In this document: in pieces, positions 40,066 through 48,961 of the stretch
How the letters are laid out: every line of letters starts with the position of its first letter
Numbering within the stretch: position 1 is the first letter of the stretch
The notes under the pieces: generated by a model
The model's database searches: none
What the model was told of the DNA's origin: nothing
Seen by the model: only the letters and a program-made list of their open reading frames with translations
Virus record (IMG/VR): IMGVR_UViG_3300049004_000016
Coordinates: 51,286-115,285 of that record
Direction: 5' to 3' (one strand)
From: a virus
Lineage: Duplodnaviria > Caudoviricetes
Length of the DNA: 64,000 nt
Program-made: the position numbers and the translations under genes

Positions 40066-40548
40066 GTGCTCGCCATTCGCGTAACCGTGTTCCCTGACGT
40101 TGGTGGGTTCCCGCCCGCGTCGTTCGACCATTTGCGGCACCTGGAAGTGCACCTCCCCGGTTTGGACCCCGGATGGGTGCACACCCTTGTTGACGCCCAG
40201 GTCGCCGCCGGTGGTGGCAGCGCGGACCTGACCTTGCATTCCCAACCCCGCGTGGGTGTGGCCCTGGACCGTGGGCTGCGGATCGTGACGTGGCAACCGG
40301 CCGCGCACATCCGCGCGCTCGCCGAGGACGGCACCGAGCTGGCCGTGACCAAACTCGATGCCCCCCTCCAGGTCGGCCAGCGCGTGGAGGTCGCCGGTGA
40401 GCGCCACAGGGTGGTGGAGGAGTCGTGGCCGGGCCGACACCCACGCACGGGGGTCTGTCACGAGGGCCTGGACTACCAGCACGTGACGTTGGTCCCGGAC
40501 CCCGAACCGCTACACCATCCCGCTGCGGTGAAGGAGCAGGCACAGTGA
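40066..40548 (+). CDS. hypothetical protein
   Basis: GGAAGG SD; coupled to the next gene. Confidence 0.6.
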   Translation: MLAIRVTVFPDVGGFPPASFDHLRHLEVHLPGLDPGWVHTLVDAQVAAGGGSADLTLHSQPRVGVALDRGLRIVTWQPAAHIRALAEDGTELAVTKLDAPLQVGQRVEVAGERHRVVEESWPGRHPRTGVCHEGLDYQHVTLVPDPEPLHHPAAVKEQAQ

Positions 40549-40964
40549 CCCATTCAACGGAACAACCCGAGCTGACCAAGACCGAACGCCTCCCGATCCC
40601 CACCCTGTGGGTCACGGCGGTCCTGATGGCGTTCGGGCTGGCGTTGATCTTCCAGTCGGATCGGTGGACGAAGACACCGGCCTACGGCAACTTGCTGTCC
40701 GTGTTCAGCGCTGACACGTGGGGTTATATCTACGTCGGTGGCGCGGTGTTGATGGCCGCCGGGTTGGCGTGGCGCAAGATCCGGCCCATCAGCGTCGCCG
40801 CCCACGCCGTGGCTTTCGCGTTGTTCCTGGGGTGGGAGTTCGGTTTCGATGTCCGGTACTTCACCGACAAATCCACCACCATCGCCAACGTCATCGCGTG
40901 GCTGACATACGCCGGTTTGGTCCTGTGGTCCGGGCAACTAGTCGATCGGCACGATAAACGGTGA
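40545..40964 (+). CDS. 4-TM membrane protein (lysis region)
   Basis: AAGGAG SD, GTG 40545, four hydrophobic helices. Confidence 0.7.
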   Translation: MTHSTEQPELTKTERLPIPTLWVTAVLMAFGLALIFQSDRWTKTPAYGNLLSVFSADTWGYIYVGGAVLMAAGLAWRKIRPISVAAHAVAFALFLGWEFGFDVRYFTDKSTTIANVIAWLTYAGLVLWSGQLVDRHDKR

Positions 40965-41326
40965 GTGCCACGCTCTATACGATCCTCGGTCTCATCATCG
41001 CCGCTGTCGGGACGATCGGTTACCCGATGTGGCGCAACAGGAAGAAGGACCAGAACGCCGCCGCTGAGAGCGCCGCATTGGATTCCAGATCGGTGGCTGG
41101 AATGTTCAAAGAGGAACGGGACCGGCTGCAACTGCGGGTTGACACCATGGCGGCAGCGCACCAGCGGCAGATCCGGGATTTGCGTGTCGAGTATGACGCT
41201 GCACTGGCCAGAGCCGAAGCGAAATGGAACGCCCAGCATGAGGCTGACCAGGCCCAGATCGCTGAGCTGCGCACCGAGGTGACCGGGTTGTACCGGCAGC
41301 TCAACGCGCAACGACCGGCGCCGTGA
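40961..41326 (+). CDS. 1-TM coiled-coil protein (lysis region)
   Basis: N-terminal TM followed by heptad pattern. Confidence 0.7.
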   Translation: MSATLYTILGLIIAAVGTIGYPMWRNRKKDQNAAAESAALDSRSVAGMFKEERDRLQLRVDTMAAAHQRQIRDLRVEYDAALARAEAKWNAQHEADQAQIAELRTEVTGLYRQLNAQRPAP

Positions 41327-42129
41327 GCGTCGGCCTGCTGGGGGGTTTGCTGCTGGCGGTGTCACTGGTCAGTGTTTTGACGTACATGGTGGCGATCGGG
41401 CAGCTCCTCAGTGGGCCCCGGCGTCCGGGATTGGTGCGTACCGGGTTCTGCCGGTTGGCCGCTGCCCTGCTGTACGTCGGGGTGGGCCTGTTGACATTGC
41501 ACACCCACACCCAGGGCCCCCTGGTCGGTCTCGGTGTCTTCACCATTGTCCAAATCATGTGGCAAGCCAACTCGGTCGCTGATGTGCGGTTAGCGCGACG
41601 ATCCAGGAGAGAAGCGATGAGCGATCCATTCGAGGGTTTGGGTGTCACCGAGCCGGTGCCTAACTACGCGACCCCGTTGCCGCCGGAAGTCGTGTCCGCT
41701 GAGATCGATCGGCTTTCCACTGCCCTCGGGAAGGTGAATAAGACTGTGACCGCGCTACAGAAAGGGTCGACGGCAGCGGCGAACGCCCAGCGGTACGCGA
41801 TCGGTGCTCTGATTCTCGCCTTGCTGCTGGGGTTGACCGGTGTGATCTTCGGGCTGGTGGTGTTCAACCGCGCGGACTCCGCTGTCGCCCAGGCCCAGCA
41901 GAACGCGATCATCATTCAGCAGCTCAAGGACACCCAGTCTCAACTGGCCAAGTCGATTCATGGGCAGTGCAGCACCTACGGCCTCCTGATCGGCACGTAC
42001 AACGTCAAGTCCCGTGCGACGTACGCCCAGGGTGGGGAGACCGCCTATGACGACGCGTTCCGCAACATGCTGACGGAGGCCAACGCCCTCAACTGCGGTA
42101 TCCCCACGCCGAAAGACCTGCCGAAGTGA
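41323..42129 (+). CDS. multi-TM membrane protein
   Basis: 3 N-terminal TMs, later TM plus coiled coil and Cys pair; possible internal start at 41617. Confidence 0.6.
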   Translation: MSVGLLGGLLLAVSLVSVLTYMVAIGQLLSGPRRPGLVRTGFCRLAAALLYVGVGLLTLHTHTQGPLVGLGVFTIVQIMWQANSVADVRLARRSRREAMSDPFEGLGVTEPVPNYATPLPPEVVSAEIDRLSTALGKVNKTVTALQKGSTAAANAQRYAIGALILALLLGLTGVIFGLVVFNRADSAVAQAQQNAIIIQQLKDTQSQLAKSIHGQCSTYGLLIGTYNVKSRATYAQGGETAYDDAFRNMLTEANALNCGIPTPKDLPK

Positions 42130-42141
42130 CCGCACCTGGAG

Positions 42142-43146
42142 GTGGTTGTCGTGGCCCAGATGGGAGTTGATTACGCCGGGGGCCGACCGAGCCCGGCCGC
42201 GTTGGTGGCGCACGGGTACTCGTTCGCTTGCCGGTACCTGTCACCTGGTGGCCCAGCGCTGCCGGGGAAGCTGCTGACCCCTGAGGAGTACATCGCGTTG
42301 ACCGCCGCCGGTGTCGCTGTGGTCGCGAACTGGGAGACCGTTAGCGACCGGATGCGCGGAGGCCGCGACGCTGGTGTGTCTGACGCGGTCAACGCCACAG
42401 CGGCGCTGATCAAGGTGGGGCACCCGTTGGACCGGCCGGTGTATTTCTCCGCTGACTTCGATGCCACACCGGGCGATCAGGTCGCGATTGACGCCTACCT
42501 CGGTGGTGTCGCGTCGGTGATCGGCCTGAACCGCACCGGGGTCTACGGGGGGTACTGGGTGGTGAAGCGGTGCCTGGACAACGGGACCGCGCGCTGGGCG
42601 TGGCAGGCGACCGCGTGGTCCGGGGGGCAAGTCGACCCGCGCGCGCACATGCTCCAGCACGTCGCTGCTGTCGTGGTCGACGGCGTGGAATGCGACGTCA
42701 ACGAGGCACTCCAACCTGACTACGGTCAGCACCCCACCGCGACTCCCCGTGCCCACTGGAAGGAACACCAGGTTATGGACCTGTTGCCTGCCACACCCAC
42801 ACCGGCAGACCCCAAGAGCGACCCCAAGACGTGGCCGCAACGCAACTTCGACGTCGGTTTCGATGTCGCCGGTGGCTGGGAGGGTGACTTCGCGTTCGAG
42901 TTCGGTGTCCAGGACTTCGGTGGGCGCGCATCAGATGATGTACGCGGATTCCTGTACCTGGCGTCCTGGCATACACCTTCTGGGTTGGTGCCGGCCGACC
43001 CGGTGTACACCGTCGCTGGTGGTGGCCGGGCGATCCACAACCACGCCCCCACGGTGTCGCTGGTGGCCCCGAAGGGTGCGACAGCGTTGACGCTGAACTA
43101 CGCCGCACCGGGTGGCGCCTATGTCACCGAGGGCCGCTCCGCGTGA
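42142..43146 (+). CDS. endolysin, DUF1906 (Rv2525c-like) glycoside hydrolase
   Basis: GVDY, FACRYLS, K.LT..E, PVYFSADFD, TGVYGG, WQATAWSGG, CDVN. Confidence 0.9.
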   Translation: MVVVAQMGVDYAGGRPSPAALVAHGYSFACRYLSPGGPALPGKLLTPEEYIALTAAGVAVVANWETVSDRMRGGRDAGVSDAVNATAALIKVGHPLDRPVYFSADFDATPGDQVAIDAYLGGVASVIGLNRTGVYGGYWVVKRCLDNGTARWAWQATAWSGGQVDPRAHMLQHVAAVVVDGVECDVNEALQPDYGQHPTATPRAHWKEHQVMDLLPATPTPADPKSDPKTWPQRNFDVGFDVAGGWEGDFAFEFGVQDFGGRASDDVRGFLYLASWHTPSGLVPADPVYTVAGGGRAIHNHAPTVSLVAPKGATALTLNYAAPGGAYVTEGRSA

Positions 43147-43244
43147 CCGAGCCGTTCACCCCGACGCCGCTGTCTCGTGTCGTGGGTGGCGTCGTGTGGG
43201 CGATCGTCATCATCGTAATGATCAACCTCGTGTTCGTCCTCTGA
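43143..43244 (+). CDS. small membrane peptide (33 aa)
   Basis: GTGA overlap with endolysin stop; MTEPFTPTPLSRVVGGVVWAIVIIVMINLVFVL. Confidence 0.45.
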   Translation: MTEPFTPTPLSRVVGGVVWAIVIIVMINLVFVL

Positions 43245-43253
43245 GGAGACCCC

Positions 43254-44246
43254 ATGCCTGAATTGATCACCAACAGCTTGCCGATGGGGCGGTTGGCGCC
43301 GTACCCCGAGGAGACCCACGCGCGACTGCACTTCGGGGAGTTCCTGACCGCGACAGCCACGATCAGCGTGCCACCGGTGGTCGACTACCTGTTCTCGGTG
43401 CCGTCGTTCCCGATGTTCGGCAATGACACCCTGTCTGACTGCACCGCTGCCGCTGCCGCGCACCTGCGGGAGGTGTGGACCGCCTACGCCCAGGGCGCCG
43501 CGTCGGTCACCAGCGAAGCCGACGTGATCAAGTTCTATGAGGTGTGCTCGGGGTACAACCCCGCCAACCCCGCCACTGACCGTGGTGCCGTCATGCAGGA
43601 CTGCCTCGACGTGTGGCGCAAGACCGGCCTGGCCGGTGACAAGATCCTGGCGTTCTTCCAGATCAACCCCACCGACCTGGCAGAGATCAAGGCCGCGTTG
43701 TACCTGCTCGGCGGCAGCTACGTGGGGGTGAACTTCCCCCGGTCGGCGATGGCCCAGTTCAACGCCGGGCAGCCGTGGACCTACGACCCGCGCGCGGACA
43801 ACACCATCATCGGTGGGCACTGCGTGCACCTCGGTGCCATCGACGCCAACGGGCTGATGAAGGTCACCACGTGGGGCCGGACCCAGGTCGTGACCGCTGA
43901 CTGGTGGAACCGGTTCGTGGAGGAGTGCTGGGGTGTGGCGTCCAGCGACTGGATCAAGAACTCCCAGGCGCCCAACGGTTTGGACACCGCCAAGCTCAAC
44001 GCCGCGTTCTTCCAGATCACCAAGGGGCAGCCGGGCCCGTTCCCGGAGGCTCCCGCACCAGCACCCGTGCCGGCGCCACCTGCCCCGGTGGACCACAACC
44101 GGGAGCTGTGGACGGTGGCCCAGCCGTGGACCCAGCGGTGGCACGTCCCCAACTCAGACACCTCCCGTGTGTCTGACGCGCTCAAGGCGTGGGGGGATGC
44201 GACGTTCCCGAAAGGTATTGACACCAACCAGGAGGAAGCACGATGA
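43254..44246 (+). CDS. papain-like (C1-type) cysteine peptidase
   Basis: GNDTLSDCTAAA, GGHCV, TWG catalytic-type motifs. Confidence 0.7.
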   Translation: MPELITNSLPMGRLAPYPEETHARLHFGEFLTATATISVPPVVDYLFSVPSFPMFGNDTLSDCTAAAAAHLREVWTAYAQGAASVTSEADVIKFYEVCSGYNPANPATDRGAVMQDCLDVWRKTGLAGDKILAFFQINPTDLAEIKAALYLLGGSYVGVNFPRSAMAQFNAGQPWTYDPRADNTIIGGHCVHLGAIDANGLMKVTTWGRTQVVTADWWNRFVEECWGVASSDWIKNSQAPNGLDTAKLNAAFFQITKGQPGPFPEAPAPAPVPAPPAPVDHNRELWTVAQPWTQRWHVPNSDTSRVSDALKAWGDATFPKGIDTNQEEAR

Positions 44247-44725
44247 CCACCGCTACAGAGGCGCCGAAGGACAAGGGTCGGGCCGACTCGGCTCCGGCCG
44301 CTGACGCCATCGTTACCGAGCGCGGGAAGCGTTTCGAGGAGGACCAGGACGCCAGCGCGCGTACCGGTCGCCATGAGGGGCCCAGCACCGGAAGCGACGC
44401 TGACGCCGAGGGCACAGAGGCCCGTGAGGAGGAGGGGCCCACGGAGGAGGACCGCGCCGCGAAGCGCCTACGGTTGTCCAACGTCCACCACGGTCACGTC
44501 CTGACCCACCTGCGTTTGCTGTACAAGAACACCGGTGAGGACGGCACCGTGTCCCGTGGTGAGCTCGGCGAGCTGCTGGAGCTGATGGAAGCCGCGCATT
44601 CCAACCCCACCCCGCAGCCGGAGTCCGGTTCGGTTGTCCACGGCACCGCCGGTCCTGGTGCTCCACCGGACATTCACCACACCCCGTTTTCCCATACTGA
44701 GCGCAAGCGCCTGCCGGGCCAGTAG
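44243..44725 (+). CDS. hypothetical protein
   Basis: GGAGG SD, coupled to upstream gene. Confidence 0.55.
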   Translation: MTTATEAPKDKGRADSAPAADAIVTERGKRFEEDQDASARTGRHEGPSTGSDADAEGTEAREEEGPTEEDRAAKRLRLSNVHHGHVLTHLRLLYKNTGEDGTVSRGELGELLELMEAAHSNPTPQPESGSVVHGTAGPGAPPDIHHTPFSHTERKRLPGQ

Positions 44726-45240
44726 TGGACGACGACATGCGGCCGGTCGACGGCCTGACACCACCACGTCCTGACCCCAAGCACGTCGCGTTGGGGTTCG
44801 CGTTGGAGATCCACCGGCCGGACGGCCATGGGTACGCCGACACGGACACAGTCTTGGCGACCGCTGACAAGATCACACAGTGGTTCGCCAAACCGGAGCA
44901 AGGCACCTCATTCGGGTCGACCCCGCTGTGGGCGCTGCATCTCCAAAGAATGGTCCAGCAGGTACTCAACAAACTGGGAGTAGAGATGGCAACGCTTGCC
45001 GATATTCAGAACACTGTGCAGGAGCTGGTCGCGACGGACGGCACGATCATCGCCTCCATCGACAAGCTCAAGGCTGAGGTCGACGCCGGTGGCACCGTCA
45101 CCTCCGCTGACCTCGATGGCCTGAACAGCACCATCCAGGGGGAGCTTGCCAAGCTCCAGGACGCCGTCAACCGTGACGACCCGGCACCAGCACCGGCCCC
45201 GGCGCCCGTCGACCCAAACCCGTCACCCACCGGGCCGTAG
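44725..45240 (+). CDS. hypothetical protein with C-terminal coiled coil
   Basis: Stop/start overlap; possible internal start at MATLADIQ. Confidence 0.55.
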   Translation: MDDDMRPVDGLTPPRPDPKHVALGFALEIHRPDGHGYADTDTVLATADKITQWFAKPEQGTSFGSTPLWALHLQRMVQQVLNKLGVEMATLADIQNTVQELVATDGTIIASIDKLKAEVDAGGTVTSADLDGLNSTIQGELAKLQDAVNRDDPAPAPAPAPVDPNPSPTGP

Positions 45241-45248
45241 TCGATCCG

Positions 45249-45479
45249 GTGTTCACCACCGCGTTCTGGCTCGGTGCGTTGGACAGGGCCATCAAGTCAG
45301 CGGCCACCATGGCGCTGATGCTGCTGCTGGGCAACGGCCCGTTCAACGTGCTGCACACGGACTGGCAGTCGATCCTGGGCTTGACCGGTGGTGCCGTGGT
45401 GGCGTCAGTGCTGACGTCGCTGGCCAGTACCACGGTCGGTGACAAGGGGACCACCAGCATGATCCCCGGCGCCAGGTAA
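45249..45479 (+). CDS. holin (r1t family)
   Basis: FW..ALDRAIKSAA...DW...SVLTSLAS. Confidence 0.85.
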   Translation: MFTTAFWLGALDRAIKSAATMALMLLLGNGPFNVLHTDWQSILGLTGGAVVASVLTSLASTTVGDKGTTSMIPGAR

Positions 45480-45511
45480 CCTCCTCGGCGTCTGTCCTAG
45501 GGACGCACAGC

Positions 45512-45561
45512 AAAAGAACCGGCTCACCTTCCCTCCGGGGTTGGTGGGCCGGTTCTTTTTT
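45512..45561. terminator. bidirectional intrinsic terminator
   Basis: AAAAGAACCGGCTCACC...GGTGGGCCGGTTCTTTTTT between convergent holin and TROVE genes. Confidence 0.9.
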
Positions 45562-45575
45562 GCGTTCCGGGGGGT

Positions 45576-47240
45576 CTACCCGGCTGCCACCGGTGTGCGG
45601 CGACGGGTGAACACCGCGTGCCAGTCCGCGCGCTCCCCGGCCTCAATCAACCGGATCACGTCGAACATCGAATCGGTCAGGCCACCGAAGCAGTACCGGT
45701 TCGGGCCGGTTGGGGCGTGACCGTGCTCGTACCCGGCGAGGTTCAGGGTGTACATCGGCACCTGCGCTGGGATAGACCGGTTGACCTCGATGGGGTCCTG
45801 CCCGGCCTGCTCGTCGGTGATCACCACAACCCGATCGTGGGTGGTGTACCGGGCGCGCAACGACATCGCCGTCTCAGTTCCACGGTCAAGGAAGTACCCA
45901 TCCCGGCGCCACCGCTCCAACGCCGTCAACAACGACTCCCCCTCGCGCAGCAAGAACTCCACACTGAGCTCCCCTGCCTGCTCGTGGAAATAACGCTGGG
46001 AGCTGGAGTACGACACCACATCCACCCGCTGGCACCGCTGCGCCAACGCGATCCCGAACACCGCTGCCGCGTCCCACCGGCGCATTGTGCCGTCCTCGGA
46101 GAACCCGTCGTTCATTGAACGGGACGTGTCCACCATCACCAGAGTGTGTCCATCGAGCTGTGGGATGTTGTCCAGGGAATACCCCAGTGCCTGCTCCAGC
46201 GGCCACGACCACCGTAGCGACGGTGCCGCCCGGTACGCGGCGAGGAACTGCAACGGGCGCACACGGGACTTCCGCACGTTGTCACGATCAGCCAGCACGT
46301 CACCAACCCGGCTGGCCACCACATCGGACACCTGTTTCTGGTCGAAGGTCCGCAGGTTCATCAGCAGCGCCATGTACCCCATGTTGGGGACGCACGCCGT
46401 CCACGCCGCTGCGTCCATCTCTCGTTCCAGCCACCCACTGACAGCCTGATGGGTCATGCCGGCTGCCTTGAGGACAGTCGGGTCCAGGTACAGGTGACGG
46501 TTCCCGTGCGCGACGTCCATCAGGACATGGCGTGCCCGAAGCATCCGCAGCTCATCCGGGATGAACTCGCCCCCGCCCTCCCGTCGCCGCCGCAGGTGGT
46601 CGTACAGCGCCGCACGCCACGTGCCGATGATCGGCTTAGTGCCCTCGGTGTCGTGCAGGGAACCAGTCGGCCGCACCATCGCGATGACGTCAGCGAACCG
46701 CACCGGCTTATCCGGGGAGTCGTACTTGAGCACCGACCACTCCGAGTACAGGCGCCAAACCGCGTCAGCCAAACCACGCTTGACCGGCTTAGGCAGCGTC
46801 CCACGCCCGAACGTGGCCCACCAGTACGCCAGGAACTCCCCCGGCTCATCCGCGCGCTGCAACACCGCATCCACCATCTGACGGGTGGCGCCATGCTCAC
46901 CGGCCTCCAGGCGTGCGTGCGCGGCCTCAGCGGCAGCAACGATCGCACCAGAGCGCATCCCAGTATCGAGCCGCAGGTAGGCCAGGAAGTCGACCAGCCA
47001 CTCCGGGTGGGTGATCGCGACGTCCCCGACTAGCTCAATGAACCGCTGATCGCGCGCCACACCCATCTCGTGGTGGGTGTTCTCCTCCGGGACGTACGTG
47101 ACGGCCAGCAGGAACAACTCTGACGGCTTGTCACGGGCATATCCGGGGTGACCGAGCGCTGTCCGGCCGGTCGGGAATCGTTCGGTGGTGACCGGGCCGC
47201 GCGGCGCGCCGGCAACAGTCCCACGGTTGTATTTGGTCAT
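45576..47240 (-). CDS. Ro60/Rsr-like TROVE domain RNA-binding protein with vWA domain
   Basis: ELFLLAV, QRADEPGE, LPKPVKRGLADA, MGYMALLMNLR, TLVMVDTSRSM (MIDAS), VVVITDEQ. Confidence 0.95.
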   Translation of the reverse strand: MTKYNRGTVAGAPRGPVTTERFPTGRTALGHPGYARDKPSELFLLAVTYVPEENTHHEMGVARDQRFIELVGDVAITHPEWLVDFLAYLRLDTGMRSGAIVAAAEAAHARLEAGEHGATRQMVDAVLQRADEPGEFLAYWWATFGRGTLPKPVKRGLADAVWRLYSEWSVLKYDSPDKPVRFADVIAMVRPTGSLHDTEGTKPIIGTWRAALYDHLRRRREGGGEFIPDELRMLRARHVLMDVAHGNRHLYLDPTVLKAAGMTHQAVSGWLEREMDAAAWTACVPNMGYMALLMNLRTFDQKQVSDVVASRVGDVLADRDNVRKSRVRPLQFLAAYRAAPSLRWSWPLEQALGYSLDNIPQLDGHTLVMVDTSRSMNDGFSEDGTMRRWDAAAVFGIALAQRCQRVDVVSYSSSQRYFHEQAGELSVEFLLREGESLLTALERWRRDGYFLDRGTETAMSLRARYTTHDRVVVITDEQAGQDPIEVNRSIPAQVPMYTLNLAGYEHGHAPTGPNRYCFGGLTDSMFDVIRLIEAGERADWHAVFTRRRTPVAAG

Positions 47241-47282
47241 CGTGTCGTCCCTCTCGTCAGAGGGGAGCTGTGCCGCACCTGT

Positions 47283-47425
47283 GGCGACCCGAGGTCAAAC
47301 GGTGGGTGGCGGGGGGTGGATCTACTGCACCAAGCCGGTGGTGCATACCTAACCCCGAGGGGTTGGCCGGAGTCGAACCGGATTCGTGTTAGCGAAGTAA
47401 CCGTCGCCCGGCACACCGGGTCGCC
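47283..47425 (-). ncRNA. Y RNA-like unit 3 (YrlA-like, divergent D arm)
   Basis: CCCGGUGUGC...GGUUACUUC 5' part pairs with 3' GUUUGACCUCGGG; T-arm CCGGUUCGACUCCGG then closed hairpin. Confidence 0.8.
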
Positions 47426-47439
47426 CTGTGAAGTTGTCC

Positions 47440-47582
47440 AGCTCCCGAGATCAAACAGTTGATGGCGGACTTGCTGATCATTGCTCTACCACTGAGCTAC
47501 CGGCCGTTGATCGGCCGAGCAGGAGTCGAACCTGCGCCACATGATTCCGAGTGAAGTAACCGTCACCTGCACACCGGGTGCT
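47440..47582 (-). ncRNA. yrlA: Y RNA-like unit 2 (YrlA-type tRNA mimic)
   Basis: Ro-stem ends plus permuted tRNA module: T-arm GCAGGUUCGACUCCUGC, closed acceptor-like stem CGGCCG-AUCAA-CGGCCG, D-arm UAGCUCAGUGGUAGAGC. Confidence 0.88.
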
Positions 47583-47593
47583 ATGAAGTTTTT

Positions 47594-47676
47594 CGGCCCC
47601 CGAGATCAAACGGTGCCTGGCTGGGTTGTCCTTTGCGAAAGAGAAGTACCAGTCTGGCTGCACACCGGGTGCGCCG
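47594..47676 (-). ncRNA. Y RNA-like unit 1 (short, no tRNA module)
   Basis: Same CCCGGUGUGC...UACUUC...GUUUGAUCUCGGG frame with only a small internal hairpin. Confidence 0.75.
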
Positions 47677-47680
47677 CGCC

Positions 47681-47689
47681 AACGTAGCA
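47681..47689 (-). promoter_or_regulatory. candidate extended -10 (TGcTACGTT) for Y RNA/Ro operon
   Basis: TGn-TANNNT located about 6 nt upstream of the unit 1 5' end. Confidence 0.45.
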
Positions 47690-47718
47690 CCGGCGCCCAC
47701 CGTCGCGCACCTGGGTTG

Positions 47719-47747
47719 TGTAACACGGCGCACCGCCGGGCCGATAC
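47719..47747 (+). promoter_or_regulatory. ECF-type promoter motif TGTAAC-N17-CGATAC (copy 2)
   Basis: Same motif and spacing; upstream of 47784 ORF. Confidence 0.65.
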
Positions 47748-47783
47748 GCCAGTTAATAGGCAAAACGACGGAAGCTGGCAGCC

Positions 47784-47993
47784 ATGAGCATGCTCACGGA
47801 GCAGGTCATAGAACGGGTCATCGGTGGGGTGCTGGCCCCGATCATCATCTTGCTGGTGTCCATCGAGCTGGCAGTCCACTCCCACGGGTACCTACCGGTG
47901 TGGGTGACCCCGATCGTCCTGGTGATCGCCTTGGCTGGCACCGACCAGTACCGGCGCCCCATCACCGTCCAGCGCGGGCAACACGCTCGGTAA
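47784..47993 (+). CDS. small two-TM membrane protein
   Basis: Two hydrophobic helices. Confidence 0.6.
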   Translation: MSMLTEQVIERVIGGVLAPIIILLVSIELAVHSHGYLPVWVTPIVLVIALAGTDQYRRPITVQRGQHAR

Positions 47994-48339
47994 CCTGGCT
48001 GTCGCCCACCGTGGGCGCTGTCTGGTGGGTGATGCGCCCCAGACACACGACCGGCCAGCCACCCGCCCCATTTCGGGTTTGGTGGCTGGCCGATCATGCG
48101 GTGGGGTCCGGGGCGATCCTGGAAAGGGTCCGCAGCCGGTCAGCCCGCTGCGATCCCCCCGGCCCTTAGAGGGGCTTCCCCACCCCCCGTATCCCGGCTG
48201 CCGGGCCCACCCCTCGCCTACGAACCGACCCCCGTGGGATCAGGCGAGTCGCCATACACGTCGCTGTAGTCGGTCGCGACGGCCAGATCCGGTGCAATCT
48301 CAGCCAAGCCTTCCACGTAGTCACACTCCTCATCGGGGT

Positions 48340-48762
48340 TCATGACTCAGCGTCCTGCCGGCGCTTGGCATCACGTCGCCCGATGCAACACCGGCACCGG
48401 GTACTCAAACCATCCTGCCGCTTGGAGTCCTTGTAGAACTCAGCCAACGGCTGATCCACCTGGCACCCAGTGCACATCCGTACGCGCGGCGCGGGGTCCG
48501 GGTTCTCCAACCGCTCCCCCTCCCGACGCCCAGCCCGGCCCCGCAGGGTGGCCCGACGCTCCTCCGTCGACAACCCACCCCACACACCGTCGTCCTGCCC
48601 GGACGCCAGCGCCCACTCCAGGCACTCCGACTTCACCGGGCACCGCCAGCACACCGACTTAGCCTCCGACAGTTGCAACATCGCCGGACCCGACGTACCG
48701 ACCGGGAAGAACAACTCCGGGTCCTCATCGCGGCACGCCGCACGATGCCTCCAGTCACCCAT
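48340..48762 (-). CDS. whiB: WhiB family transcription factor with C-terminal Zn-finger extension
   Basis: WRHRAACRDEDPELFFP...CWRCPVKSEC...GVWGG; tail CTGC...FYKD..RQDGL..RCRCC. Confidence 0.92.
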   Translation of the reverse strand: MGDWRHRAACRDEDPELFFPVGTSGPAMLQLSEAKSVCWRCPVKSECLEWALASGQDDGVWGGLSTEERRATLRGRAGRREGERLENPDPAPRVRMCTGCQVDQPLAEFYKDSKRQDGLSTRCRCCIGRRDAKRRQDAES

Positions 48763-48961
48763 TTTCCGCACCTCCTCCAGCTCCCCGTAGTGATGTCTTC
48801 GCTTCCGCCACGCTGGCCAACGTCGCCAGCACCTCACGCCCGTGCCCGGTGTGGGCGTTCAGGGCGTCGATCAGTTCGTTCTGGGCTGTGGTCAGCCACC
48901 GGTAGGCGTTGGTGATCCTCTGGTCGGTGGCGACGGGTTGGTCTACCCATTCCACGGTCAC
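48755..48961 (-). CDS. hypothetical protein
   Basis: Coupled between sigma fragment and whiB. Confidence 0.5.
   Translation of the reverse strand: MTVEWVDQPVATDQRITNAYRWLTTAQNELIDALNAHTGHGREVLATLASVAEAKTSLRGAGGGAENG

Noticed and set aside
47480-47537. Apparent tRNA gene (GGTTCGACTCC T-loop, AGCTCAGTGGTAGAGC D-arm)
   Set aside because: The arms are in permuted order (T before D), with no anticodon arm or CCA end. It is better explained as the tRNA-mimic domain of a Y RNA.
47283-47676. Possible CRISPR-like repeat/spacer array
   Set aside because: The repeats are bipartite ends of structured units with variable length, and no cas genes are present.
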